DNA of 64,000 nucleotides from Thermoplasmatota archaeon. Lineage in GTDB: Archaea; Thermoplasmatota; E2; DHVEG-1; B18-G2. Position 1 is the stretch's first letter, and each line of letters starts with the position of its first letter. Below, in pieces: positions 29,400 through 41,272 of the stretch. A model generated the notes under the pieces. It was not told where the DNA came from, did no database searches, and saw only the letters and a program-made list of their open reading frames with translations. Location: positions 32,001 through 96,000 of the forward strand of contig JAPDJO010000029.1 of NCBI GenBank assembly GCA_029259115.1. The letters are read 5' to 3'. The position numbers were made by a program, and so were the translations under genes.

Positions 29400-30947
29400 A
29401 TGCACTGGGCCGATGTTCTGGCTTCTCAGCTCGAAGAGGATAGAAGTCATGTTATTGCTACGGGCATAACGCCTTCCGGCCCCATACACATAGGCAACAT
29501 GAGAGAGATACTTACAGCCGATGCCATCTATAGGGCTGCCATAGATAGAGGGTTAGATGCTGAGCTTATTTATGTAGCAGATGATTTTGATCAGCTTAGA
29601 AAAGTCTATCCATTCTTACCAGAGGAATACGAAAAATACGTTGGTATGCCATTATCGGAAATTCCTTGTCCATGTGGAGATCATAGAAGCTATGCCGATC
29701 ATTTTCTAGAAAGCTTTCTGGAAGCTTTGAAAGAGTTGGGTATAAAGCCAAAGGTTTACAGGGCCTCCAAACTCTACAAGGATGGGAGTTACAACGAGTA
29801 TATACAAATCGCCTTAGAGAAGAGTGAGGAAATAAAAGAAATCATAGAGAAAATATCAAAAAGAGATTTACCAAAAAATTGGATTCCTTTCAATATACTA
29901 TGTGAGAACTGCAAAAGATTAACCTCTACCGAACCTCTGCTATATGAGTATCCAAGGATAGAATACAAATGCAGTTGTGGATACGAAGGAGAGATAGACA
30001 TAAGGAGAGGAGGGGTAGGAAAGCTGCCATGGAGGGTTGACTGGCCAGCTAGATGGAAGATGCTGGGAGTTACGTTTGAACCCTTTGGCAAGGATCATGC
30101 AGCGGCAGGGAGTTCTTGGGATACAGGAAAAGTAATTTCTGAGAAGATATTTGGATACCCTCCACCACACTACGTTGTTTACGAGTTTATACAGTTGAAG
30201 GGAAAGGGTGCCATGCATAGTTCTAAAGGTACAGCAATAAGTGCAGAGGAAATGCTCAACATGACTCCTCCAGAAGTATTGAGATTTTTAATAATGAAAA
30301 ATAAACCTTCAAAACATATAGACTTTGATCCGGGTTTGGGGCTACTAGATCTAGTTGATGAATATGATGAAGAAGAGAGAGTGTATTTTGGGGTGGAAGA
30401 GGAAAAAAGAGGAATGAAAGATCTTAGAAGAATATACGAGTTATCTCAGCCATATAAGATTCCCGAAAAACTTCCTCTACAGATATCTTATCGTCATCTT
30501 GCAACAGTGGTTCAAATAACCAGAGAATGGGATGGAATTGTGAAGATTTTGAAGAGAACCGGTCAAATAAAAGGTGAACTGGAAAAAGAGGATGAGGAGA
30601 GATTAAAAAGTAGAGTGAAACACGTCATATACTGGCTTGATAGATTTGCTCCTGACAGGATAAAATTCAAGCTGCAAGAAAAACTTCCTAATGTAAATCT
30701 GGATGAAGATCAAAAGAAGTTTTTGGAAGAGTATCTAAAGATAGTAAAATCTGTGGAATGGGATGCAGAGAATCTGCATGAATCTGTATATACAGCAGCC
30801 AACAATCTAGGAATAAATCCAAAGATCGGCTTCAAAACGATGTACCAAATCTTACTGAACAAGGAATATGGTCCCAGACTAGGATACTTTCTGACAACTC
30901 TAGGAAGAGATTTTGTTTTGAGGAGAATTGAAGAAGCAATTAAATAG
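29400..30947 (+). CDS. lysS: Lysyl-tRNA synthetase class I
   Basis: MHWAD, PSGPIHIGN, KLPWRVDWPARW, MHSSKG and GPRLG motifs. Confidence 0.96.
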   Translation: MHWADVLASQLEEDRSHVIATGITPSGPIHIGNMREILTADAIYRAAIDRGLDAELIYVADDFDQLRKVYPFLPEEYEKYVGMPLSEIPCPCGDHRSYADHFLESFLEALKELGIKPKVYRASKLYKDGSYNEYIQIALEKSEEIKEIIEKISKRDLPKNWIPFNILCENCKRLTSTEPLLYEYPRIEYKCSCGYEGEIDIRRGGVGKLPWRVDWPARWKMLGVTFEPFGKDHAAAGSSWDTGKVISEKIFGYPPPHYVVYEFIQLKGKGAMHSSKGTAISAEEMLNMTPPEVLRFLIMKNKPSKHIDFDPGLGLLDLVDEYDEEERVYFGVEEEKRGMKDLRRIYELSQPYKIPEKLPLQISYRHLATVVQITREWDGIVKILKRTGQIKGELEKEDEERLKSRVKHVIYWLDRFAPDRIKFKLQEKLPNVNLDEDQKKFLEEYLKIVKSVEWDAENLHESVYTAANNLGINPKIGFKTMYQILLNKEYGPRLGYFLTTLGRDFVLRRIEEAIK

Positions 30948-30970
30948 GTAATCTCTCCTATTATCATGTA

Positions 30971-33329
<2,359 letters not shown>

Positions 33330-33376
33330 AAATCATTTAAATGTTGCTCACTATTAACTTCTTTCGGAGGTAGAAC

Positions 33377-34594
33377 ATGGTAGATTTCAACACCTTGGAT
33401 GATTTTGATTTTAATGAGAAGACCGTGTTGCTGAGGGTCGACTTCAACTTACCCTTGGATAAGGAAAGTCTCGATATACTCGATACAACAAGGATAGAAA
33501 AGAGTTTACCTACAATAGAGGAATTAATTGAAAAGAATGCAAAGATCGTTATTCTCGCGCATCAAGGAAGACCTGGAAGCTGGGATTTTGTTTCCTTAGA
33601 TAGGCACGCCAAAGCTCTATCAGATCTTCTCGGGAAAGACGTGAAATTTGTAAATGATGTATGCGGGGACAAAGCAATAGATGCTATAAAATCCCTAAAA
33701 CCAAAAGAGATTTTGATGCTTGATAATGTAAGAAAGTTGCCTTATGAAATGGAGAAAAAGAGTGCAGAAGAGCATGCAAAGACAGAATTGGTTCAAAGAT
33801 TATCTAAAGTTGCAGATATATTTGTGAACGATGCATTCTCAGCAGCTCACCGAAAACAGTGCTCCTTGATAGGATTTACAGTGGTTATGCCGTCATGCGC
33901 TGGAAGATTGATGGAAAGGGAAGTAGAAACCTTGGAGAAGGTTCTGAAAAATCCAGAAAGACCAAATGTATTCATATTTGGAGGAGCAAAGTATTCTGAT
34001 GTTGTAAAAACGATAAAAAAATCTCTTGAGGAGGGAAAGGTTGATTACGTTCTACTTGCGGGCCTTCCTGGAAATGCTTTTCTCAAGGTTAAAGGGTACA
34101 ATCTTGGGGAGATAAATGAAGACGCATTATCTGAAGAATGGAGCGATGATTTAGCAAAAGAAATGAAAGAGATTATAGATAGATTCTCTTCAAGTATAAT
34201 ACTGCCGAAAGATTTTGGTATAGAAATAAATGGAACTAGGAGAGATATATTTCTTGAGGATCTCCCTGTGGATTATCCTATTTACGATATTGGAGATAAA
34301 ACCGTATCCGATTTTGTCGAGATCATAAAAGAAGGAAAAACGATATTCTTATCAGGACCTTGTGGCGTCTTTGAGAAGGAAGATTTCATGAAAGGAACCA
34401 AGGAAGTCTTTAAAGCTGTAGCTGAGAGTAAAGCATTTACAGTTGCTGGTGGAGGACACACTATAGCTGCATTAGATAAACTTGGATTGGTAGATAAAAT
34501 ATCTCATGTAAGTACTGGTGGCGGCTCTTTGGAAAGATTCATGATGGGAGAAAAGTTACCCGTAATCGAAGCTCTAAAAGCTGCAAAAAGATAA
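33377..34594 (+). CDS. pgk: Phosphoglycerate kinase
   Basis: RVDFNLP, HQGRPG, NDAFSAAHR and HVSTGGGS motifs. Confidence 0.96.
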   Translation: MVDFNTLDDFDFNEKTVLLRVDFNLPLDKESLDILDTTRIEKSLPTIEELIEKNAKIVILAHQGRPGSWDFVSLDRHAKALSDLLGKDVKFVNDVCGDKAIDAIKSLKPKEILMLDNVRKLPYEMEKKSAEEHAKTELVQRLSKVADIFVNDAFSAAHRKQCSLIGFTVVMPSCAGRLMEREVETLEKVLKNPERPNVFIFGGAKYSDVVKTIKKSLEEGKVDYVLLAGLPGNAFLKVKGYNLGEINEDALSEEWSDDLAKEMKEIIDRFSSSIILPKDFGIEINGTRRDIFLEDLPVDYPIYDIGDKTVSDFVEIIKEGKTIFLSGPCGVFEKEDFMKGTKEVFKAVAESKAFTVAGGGHTIAALDKLGLVDKISHVSTGGGSLERFMMGEKLPVIEALKAAKR

Positions 34595-34631
34595 AATGTT
34601 AAAATAAAGAATTTCATTTTCTCGGAAACAG

Positions 34632-34703
34632 GGGCCGGTAGATCAGGGGTAGATCGCTGGCTTCGCAAGCCAGAGGCCACGGGTTCAAATCCCGTCCGGT
34701 CCA
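34632..34703 (+). tRNA. tRNA-Ala (anticodon CGC); integration target
   Basis: GGGCCGG/CCGGTCC acceptor stem with G3:U70, CTGGC-TTCGCAA-GCCAG anticodon arm, GTTCAAATC T-loop. Confidence 0.95.
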
Positions 34704-35956
34704 TCAAATCTATAAGGAGAAAATCTGGTCAACAACCCCAAAAATCGCGTTTTGTTGATTTCGCTCTCCTTATAAAGGTCTATATAAACCTTTCTATCTC
34801 CTTTGCCGCCTGACTTTCCTGCCATCATCAAAGATGGTCTCAGGGCGGCGGCAATCCAGTCTATGGGTAGCTGGTTATAGTACTGCTCTGCATACCTGAC
34901 ATAATTCTCTGTGGTGGTTATTCTCTCATGACCCAACCAGTTTCTCACCGTATATATATCAAAGTTTCCAGTCTCTATCTTTGTCTTTATGAGTCTAGCT
35001 ACTGCACACCAGTGGCGCATGTCGTAAGGCTGAAAATGTCTCCATACCTTCTTTCCGTGTTTACTCAGTTTCTGTCCGAGTTTTCTGACTGTAACTGGTC
35101 TTCCAGATGGCCATAGATAGAGAGCATTTCCAGAATACTGATTCTCAACCTTTGGTCTCCAGTAATCTATCCAGTTCTTGAATGATTTATGCACCCTTGA
35201 TGTCATTATAGCCTTCTCAGGTATCAGGGTTCTTTGAGATCTGTGCTTTTTGGTTTCTGTCACGATCAGGTATCCCATGTCTCCATCCAGAACAACATCA
35301 TCAACGGTCATGCTCACTATCTCGCTCGGTACCCTCCATCCTATGAGGAAGGAATGGAAGAACAGATACTGATAGAGAGCATTCTCATAGGGGTCATCCG
35401 AATATCTGTAGTTGAAGAATCTGTTTACGGTATTGGGATATGGGAGCATTCTTTTGTGCGAGTGCGGAACCGGTGGTAGCTTGTAATCCCATCTGGGAAT
35501 CCCATAAGCCCTGAGGAACATCAGCATCGCCTTCCACTCGTTAGCCAAGGCGTTGGGTGTTGCTCCCTCAACCTGCTCTCGATAATCCATGTGCCTGATG
35601 AAGTTTTCATAATTCGGATTCCTGAAATCAACGGGAACAACTGGATGGGTTTCCATGAACCTTGCATACCTCAGATTCTTCTCAACGGTAGATGGTGATA
35701 ACCTTTGTCTCAGTAAAGCATGCATGGCAACATCATCAAAGGTTGCTTCTTTTGGGTTCAACCTGATGGGACAGCTGAGCCTGTTAAACTTCCTGAGCTG
35801 TTCATACAGCCCCACCATGTTTCTCTTCCATATCTCCTCTCCATTCCATGGTCTCCAGCCTCCATTCGGGAAAAACCTTCCCCAATCTCTTCTCTCACCT
35901 CCCCCGTGTTTTGATGATGAAGACCTTTGATCCTTTAAATCGTTTTTCTTTCTCAT
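34685..35956 (-). CDS. int: Tyrosine recombinase / integrase
   Basis: GWRVPSE (R), ETKK (K), YDMRH (R), LGH and TENY (Y). 3' end runs through att into the tRNA antisense strand. True start may be downstream of 35956. Confidence 0.9.
   Translation of the reverse strand: MRKKNDLKDQRSSSSKHGGGERRDWGRFFPNGGWRPWNGEEIWKRNMVGLYEQLRKFNRLSCPIRLNPKEATFDDVAMHALLRQRLSPSTVEKNLRYARFMETHPVVPVDFRNPNYENFIRHMDYREQVEGATPNALANEWKAMLMFLRAYGIPRWDYKLPPVPHSHKRMLPYPNTVNRFFNYRYSDDPYENALYQYLFFHSFLIGWRVPSEIVSMTVDDVVLDGDMGYLIVTETKKHRSQRTLIPEKAIMTSRVHKSFKNWIDYWRPKVENQYSGNALYLWPSGRPVTVRKLGQKLSKHGKKVWRHFQPYDMRHWCAVARLIKTKIETGNFDIYTVRNWLGHERITTTENYVRYAEQYYNQLPIDWIAAALRPSLMMAGKSGGKGDRKVYIDLYKESEINKTRFLGLLTRFSPYRFDGPDGI
34692..34705 (+). 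repeat. attL core (tRNA-Ala 3' end)
   Basis: CCGTCCGGTCCATC, identical to 49061-49074. Confidence 0.9.
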
Positions 35957-35964
35957 TCCTCAAC

Positions 35965-36165
35965 TCATCTCCTCCTGTTGTTTGGAATCTTGTAATGGTA
36001 CTTCAGGAAGATCAGAGCCATTCCCAGAACGATGGGAACAGCCCCCTCCTTTATCTTCCCAGCCTGAATCAGACCAGCACCATAACTTATCAGCATAATA
36101 GCTACACTCATCAGACTCTGATCCTGATCGGGATTTCTTCTCTTCCTCATCAGCCTCCCCTCCAT
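35965..36165 (-). CDS. Small two-TM membrane protein of the element
   Basis: 66 aa with two hydrophobic helices and a basic C-terminus; sits between the rep and int genes. Confidence 0.55.
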   Translation of the reverse strand: MEGRLMRKRRNPDQDQSLMSVAIMLISYGAGLIQAGKIKEGAVPIVLGMALIFLKYHYKIPNNRRR

Positions 36166-37874
36166 ACATCAAGTTTACCAGGGAATGGTTCAAGGAGTAT
36201 GCGCCTGGCTTGCAGTTGTTTTATGAATTTAGTTGGCTGGGGTATTCCAAGGGATAAGCAGATATCGATGGCTCTTTCAAAATCGATCAATCCATCATCT
36301 CCTCTTTCCTGTTCCAGTTGCTGTATGAATTTCTGAACGGTTTCCTGTGTGACATGTGTGACATTTGTGACATTTGCATGTGGAAAGCTTTCATCATAAT
36401 CTTCGAGCTTTCCGTTATTACTTGTCACACTCGTCACACTTGTCACAAACCCTGGAATGTATCTCTTTCCGAGTTTGTTCATCAGCTTTTCATCCCAGAT
36501 GATGTATCTTTGATCACGATCTCTCTTTCTCTCTATCCCCAGACTCTTCAGATACTTCCCAACGGATTGAGGAGTTACCCTTTCAATGCCAAATCTTTCC
36601 TTTACCCTGTAGGCTATGTCACTACTCGTTATCCTCTCATAGCCTTCATCCTTCAAAGAAAAGATCGCATTGACTATCATCCCCTCAATTGTCTCGCTTC
36701 TTTCTTCAACAAGCTCCTCGTTGTATCTTCTGAGAAAATCCCTGAACTCGCTAAGCATATCAGGAATTCCAGAGAAAAGGAAAGCAAAACTACGCGTCGC
36801 CTGGCGCAGTCTTGGTTCTATATCTCCGAGATCAATCTCCTGAATCTTTCTGGAATCTATGGAGTTGTAATTCCTGAGCCTGAACATCAGAAGCTTGTTT
36901 CTAAGTTCTTCCTGTTCCTCGTAGAACTCTGGAGGAAGAACATCAGGTATATCCTTCCTGCTGGTCTCTATCATTCTCTCAGTTAAACATCTTGATTCCA
37001 GAGCCTTATCCTCGAATGGGCGCCTGGTGGCGATGACCTTCGGGCAGTAAGTTGGAAGAAATTGCAAGGTTTCAACATCGTTCTGCCTGCATCTTATGAC
37101 AGGTCTTCCCCTCTCAAATCCGCAGTTTAGAATTTTGATGACCTCGTTCTTCTCGTTGCTATCTCTGAAATCCGCTTCATCTAGGATTATCGTCCCCTTC
37201 CACTGCCTTATCATCCTGTAGATTGGCGCAGGCGTTACAGCTCCGCTCACCATGCAAGGCTTATAACAGAGACCGCCAACAACATCAAGGAATCTAGATT
37301 TTCCCGTTCCAGTATCTCCAAGAACCCTGAGATATGGAATGGTGTTGACTCTATCATAGAGCCATGTCAAGAGAACATACCAGGCTGAGAATCTCTCAAA
37401 TCTTGGAGAAACATCAACGTATCTATGAATGTGATCCTGGATCTCTCTGACTAAATCTTTCTCTGTTCCATAATCCTCGCAGAATGTTGGAAGCTTCACG
37501 GCGCCGGTGGACAGGGGATCGTTATCATCGAGTGGAATATAGGGGATGTATTTCCTGATCCCATCTTTAACCTCGGTTACAATCTCTATGTCTCCATCAT
37601 CTCCCAGACAGACGAAGACGCCTGGCGGGCTGTTTAATGGATCATAGATCTCCTCGTAGAGAACACCATCTAAGACAAAGCCAGATGTTGAGATGATGAT
37701 CTCCGCATCCTTTTCTCTTTTCCTTGCCATGTTATCCTTTGGCTCGAAATCAGGGCAGTTCTCGGCGCTATCATCGCAGGAGATCACATCCATGTAGGGG
37801 CAATCCTTACCGTAGTGAGCGCAATCCCTACCGCAGATCAGCCTTGGTTTTCTCTTGCCTCCAGATGCTGACAT
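36150..37874 (-). CDS. Putative replication protein: Cys-rich N-terminus, P-loop NTPase/helicase and wHTH-like C-terminus
   Basis: GDTGTGKS Walker A, ILDEAD Walker B, ALESRC Arg-finger-like motif, five N-terminal Cys. Confidence 0.7.
   Translation of the reverse strand: MSASGGKRKPRLICGRDCAHYGKDCPYMDVISCDDSAENCPDFEPKDNMARKREKDAEIIISTSGFVLDGVLYEEIYDPLNSPPGVFVCLGDDGDIEIVTEVKDGIRKYIPYIPLDDNDPLSTGAVKLPTFCEDYGTEKDLVREIQDHIHRYVDVSPRFERFSAWYVLLTWLYDRVNTIPYLRVLGDTGTGKSRFLDVVGGLCYKPCMVSGAVTPAPIYRMIRQWKGTIILDEADFRDSNEKNEVIKILNCGFERGRPVIRCRQNDVETLQFLPTYCPKVIATRRPFEDKALESRCLTERMIETSRKDIPDVLPPEFYEEQEELRNKLLMFRLRNYNSIDSRKIQEIDLGDIEPRLRQATRSFAFLFSGIPDMLSEFRDFLRRYNEELVEERSETIEGMIVNAIFSLKDEGYERITSSDIAYRVKERFGIERVTPQSVGKYLKSLGIERKRDRDQRYIIWDEKLMNKLGKRYIPGFVTSVTSVTSNNGKLEDYDESFPHANVTNVTHVTQETVQKFIQQLEQERGDDGLIDFERAIDICLSLGIPQPTKFIKQLQARRILLEPFPGKLDVWRGG
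36346..36449. repeat. Inverted triplets of 9-bp repeats (candidate iterons/origin)
   Basis: TGTGTGACA-TGTGTGACA-TTTGTGACA (36346-36372), then a 50-bp spacer, then TGTCACACT-CGTCACACT-TGTCACAAA (36423-36449). Confidence 0.7.
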
Positions 37875-37889
37875 GGGTCTGCGCCCTGC

Positions 37890-38147
37890 TCAGCTAAAAT
37901 CTCTTTTCCCTCCGTTGCTGTCCCTGTTTCTCTCACTGTAGCCATTGTTACCGTAGCCGTTACCATACTTGAGATAGTAATAGAGAGGTTTGCATCTCTT
38001 CCTGAAGAATGCCAGAGCCAGGCGGAAGGCGTCCACGTTTATATCCCTTGAAGATATCTCCCTGGCATCCTCAAGGCACTCAAGGAAAATCCTCTTCTGG
38101 TACTCGCCATAAGGTCTCCTCCTACCGTTAAACCCATTCCCATTCAT
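37890..38147 (-). CDS. Small hypothetical protein of the element
   Basis: 85 aa ORF directly upstream of and co-oriented with the rep-like gene. Confidence 0.55.
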   Translation of the reverse strand: MNGNGFNGRRRPYGEYQKRIFLECLEDAREISSRDINVDAFRLALAFFRKRCKPLYYYLKYGNGYGNNGYSERNRDSNGGKRDFS

Positions 38148-38252
38148 GTTTTGTTTTTCTGTTGATTCTGGGTTTTAAAGAAGTTGAGGGGTTAAGTGCG
38201 AGTAATAATTCAGGATAGCAAAGAAGGCAAGAAAACGGAGAGTATTAGAATA

Positions 38253-39158
38253 TCACCATTCGTAGCTATCTAAAATATTCCCAAAATTATCTCTCAAATA
38301 GGCGGTATCATGATCGTTGTTCCAGACTGGAGAACCCCTGTTCCAGTATAGGTCTCCTTCTGTATCTGTTCCATATCCAGTATGAACTGTTACAGTAGAA
38401 TTCACATCAAGAATAAAAGACAATGGAAAGGTGTAAACGTGATTTGCTTCATCACTCAAAGTAAAGCCTCCCATATAGACGGGTTCATATCCTTTGTTCT
38501 CTATCACAACATACTCATCATTTAGATTTTCTCTGTCATCACCCTCTGCATCGTAGTGAACATAGACTATATCAAGATGGATCTCCTCAGGACTGTAGCT
38601 ATAATTCCACAATCCCACTTTGTTTTCCATGGCTTGATCCTGGAGAGTCAGGTAATAATCCTTCTTGTGAAAGTTTCCCTCTTCATAGACTCTAGCATAT
38701 CCTCTCTTCAAAAGCTCGGCATTGAAATCTGTTCCATTCTTGAGGTAAACGTAACATAACCATCTTCCGTAGTATCCTTTAAACCCAGCTAGATCATCAA
38801 ACTGAATATAGACTTCTTTTCCTTCAAGCCATGATTCGGTGAAATTTGTAGCCTTCTCTGCCCAGAATGATAGATGGTAAAGATTGTTGATACCATTATA
38901 CTCGTTAAGCTTGTTCTTATTGGGATCTTTCTCTGGAGTATCCACTCCTAAAAGTCTTACTCTTCCTGTGCTTCCATCCGGAAACTTAGCATCAAATGTA
39001 TCTCCATCTATGACGTATGTAACTGTGACAGTATAATTTACTCCGTACTGAAAACCTTCCGATACCGATGGAGATTGGTTCTCCTTCTCCTCATTTATAC
39101 AGCCTGAAAAAACTGCAAAAATGAATATGCTTAAGATTATGAATATTCGCAGTTTCAC
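38253..39158 (-). CDS. Lipoprotein thermonuclease (SNase) with lamin-tail domain
   Basis: Lipobox FSGC; VIDGDTF, VRLLGVDTPE and YGRWLCYVY; C-terminal NDEYVVIEN...VWNNDHDTAYL. Confidence 0.88.
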   Translation of the reverse strand: MKLRIFIILSIFIFAVFSGCINEEKENQSPSVSEGFQYGVNYTVTVTYVIDGDTFDAKFPDGSTGRVRLLGVDTPEKDPNKNKLNEYNGINNLYHLSFWAEKATNFTESWLEGKEVYIQFDDLAGFKGYYGRWLCYVYLKNGTDFNAELLKRGYARVYEEGNFHKKDYYLTLQDQAMENKVGLWNYSYSPEEIHLDIVYVHYDAEGDDRENLNDEYVVIENKGYEPVYMGGFTLSDEANHVYTFPLSFILDVNSTVTVHTGYGTDTEGDLYWNRGSPVWNNDHDTAYLRDNFGNILDSYEW

Positions 39159-39317
39159 ATGTGTAAAGAGATTACTTGTATTTTAAACATAACATCTAGA
39201 TTCACAAGGAAACAAATTTCTGAAATTTCAAAGAAGCTAATGTACAAGTAATAGTCTACGCGATAAATATCCAAAATTGAGGTAAATATAAAATTGATCT
39301 AAAATTTTATTCTTAAA

Positions 39318-39370
39318 TTTTTGATCAAAAAATTTAAAAACTCAAAATCTATACTCTTTTTGATCAAAAA
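39318..39370. promoter_or_regulatory. Twin palindromes upstream of the DGQHR gene
   Basis: TTTTTGATCAAAAA at 39318-39331 and 39357-39370, flanking a TTTAAAAA box. Confidence 0.5.
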
Positions 39371-39387
39371 AAGAAGGTGATAAAAAA

Positions 39388-40560
39388 ATGGATCTAAAAA
39401 ATGTTATTAAGATAGAACAATGGGGTTATGGGAAAGGAGCTGGTGCAATGCCTATCTACCTATTCGCCGCCCCATTGGACATGATAGCATCTAAGGCAGA
39501 AATATACAGGAGAACTCCTGGAAGAAAAGATGGTTATCAAAGGGAGTTGAAACAAAGTAGGCTCAGTACAGGAAAACTGGGCGTAGTTGGTTACATACTC
39601 AACCAGGCAGGCATCTTTCCAACATCAGTATTAGTAAACATAAGGAAAGATGAAGGAAGGTTAGAATTTATACCTCAAATGAAGCTTTTTGAGAAAGTCG
39701 AAATAGGTACATTAAAAATCCCTGATGATGTGAAGTGGTACATAATAGATGGGCAACATAGAATAGAAGCGTTAAAGAAAGTTTTACAAGAGAAGGAAGA
39801 CATTCACAAATATCCTCTGATTGTATCCATGATGAACGAGAATAAATTCAATGAAATGTTATTTTTCTGGTTGGTGAATTCGAGAGCAAAAAGCGTAGAA
39901 ACAGGGTTGGCCTATAGAATCCTCCAAAATATGCTCTACAACATAAAGGCGCCAGAGTGGGTCGAAAGTATAATGAAAGGAGCTGATAGGCGAATAGGAA
40001 TAGCGGCAACAATTGTAGATTATCTGAATGGAAGGGAGGATTCACCGTTTTATAGAAGAATCAAAGAGGAAGGGGAACCTACAAAATCGCATCATTTGAC
40101 AACTGACCAGACGATGACACGATATATCTCTATTGTTTTGAAAGAACCTATATTCGAAGGTATGTACGATGAAGATGTTGCAGATTTGCTTATAAGATAT
40201 TGGAATGCTATAAAAAGGATCTACCCAGCATGCTTCGATAAACATGAAGAATATGCTCTTATGTCAACTATTGGTTTATCTGTGATGCATAGATTATTTC
40301 CAACGATTTATGGTTATTGCTCGCTAGACGGGAACATGTCATCTGAAAATATGGAAAAGTATCTTAGATACCTCCTGCAGGAGACCCCAAGACACAAATA
40401 TCCAGATTTCAGGCGACCTATAGATGAAAGATGGTGGCATAAAACGGATTCTCCTGCTCTTGGAGTTATAATGGGTACCGGGGAGGGACATTATAAAAGT
40501 GTAGCATTGAATTTTACTGAGAAGATCAAAGAGGCGATTAGGATTGAGAGAGAAAAATGA
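39388..40560 (+). CDS. DGQHR-domain (DndB/DpdB-like, ParB superfamily) protein
   Basis: GYQR motif, IIDGQHR and F..VN..AKSV. Confidence 0.88.
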   Translation: MDLKNVIKIEQWGYGKGAGAMPIYLFAAPLDMIASKAEIYRRTPGRKDGYQRELKQSRLSTGKLGVVGYILNQAGIFPTSVLVNIRKDEGRLEFIPQMKLFEKVEIGTLKIPDDVKWYIIDGQHRIEALKKVLQEKEDIHKYPLIVSMMNENKFNEMLFFWLVNSRAKSVETGLAYRILQNMLYNIKAPEWVESIMKGADRRIGIAATIVDYLNGREDSPFYRRIKEEGEPTKSHHLTTDQTMTRYISIVLKEPIFEGMYDEDVADLLIRYWNAIKRIYPACFDKHEEYALMSTIGLSVMHRLFPTIYGYCSLDGNMSSENMEKYLRYLLQETPRHKYPDFRRPIDERWWHKTDSPALGVIMGTGEGHYKSVALNFTEKIKEAIRIEREK

Positions 40561-40600
40561 ATTAAACCGGCTTTTCCCTTTTTATTATCTTTAACAATCA

Positions 40601-41137
40601 TTGAGGTGTTCGGGTATGGGGAAAAGAAAACTATACACAGACGAACATTTGCTCGATATTTTAAGAAAGGAAGCAAAAAAGTTAGGGAAGGCACCTTCCA
40701 GCATACATTTTGCTCGATCTACAGTATTACCTTCACCTTCATGCTATATTTACCGTTGGGGTTCATGGAATAAGGCCCTTAAAGCAGCCGGACTCAAACC
40801 AAACTTAAAAAATGAACAAAAGATAGATGAATTCACTTTACTTAGAGAGAAGCCTAGACTACACATCAACTTGGGCTCTATACCCAAAGAGAAGAGGAAA
40901 AAAATTAAAAAAATCTTCATTAGAGGCTATAAGACAATTTATTATCTGGAGGGAGATGAAATAAGAGCGGTTAGAGAGTTCTTAACAGCAAACATGAAAA
41001 AATTGAAAAAAAGAAAGTTGAAAGACATAAATAAGTACAATCTCCCGATAGAAATGGTTGATTTGATTAAGAAAATGTATCATGAGCAAAAACTTACTGA
41101 AGTCTCAAAAACGGATGCTACCATTTATAATTTCTGA
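40601..41137 (+). CDS. Protein with homing-endonuclease-associated repeat (putative DNA binding)
   Basis: YTDEHLLDILRKEAKKLGKAPS...RWGSWNKALKAAGL signature; probable start at MGKRK. Confidence 0.7.
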   Translation: MRCSGMGKRKLYTDEHLLDILRKEAKKLGKAPSSIHFARSTVLPSPSCYIYRWGSWNKALKAAGLKPNLKNEQKIDEFTLLREKPRLHINLGSIPKEKRKKIKKIFIRGYKTIYYLEGDEIRAVREFLTANMKKLKKRKLKDINKYNLPIEMVDLIKKMYHEQKLTEVSKTDATIYNF

Positions 41138-41272
41138 AATGTGTTAAATTTATCTCCTAGGTGGAGGGATGGTATGATTATCACTATGTGCTTCTTCGGA
41201 TATGAAACCAAATTTTATAAATGGAGTGGTTTTTTACATCATAGGATATGATAAAGATAACGAGGTAAATCT

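Noticed and set aside
34504-34707. 67-aa - strand ORF (MMDRTGFEPVASGLRSQRS...)
   Set aside because: Typical translation of a tRNA antisense strand; not a protein.
39388-40560. Complete Dnd phosphorothioation system
   Set aside because: Only a DndB-like DGQHR gene is present; no dndC, dndD, dndE or pbe genes.
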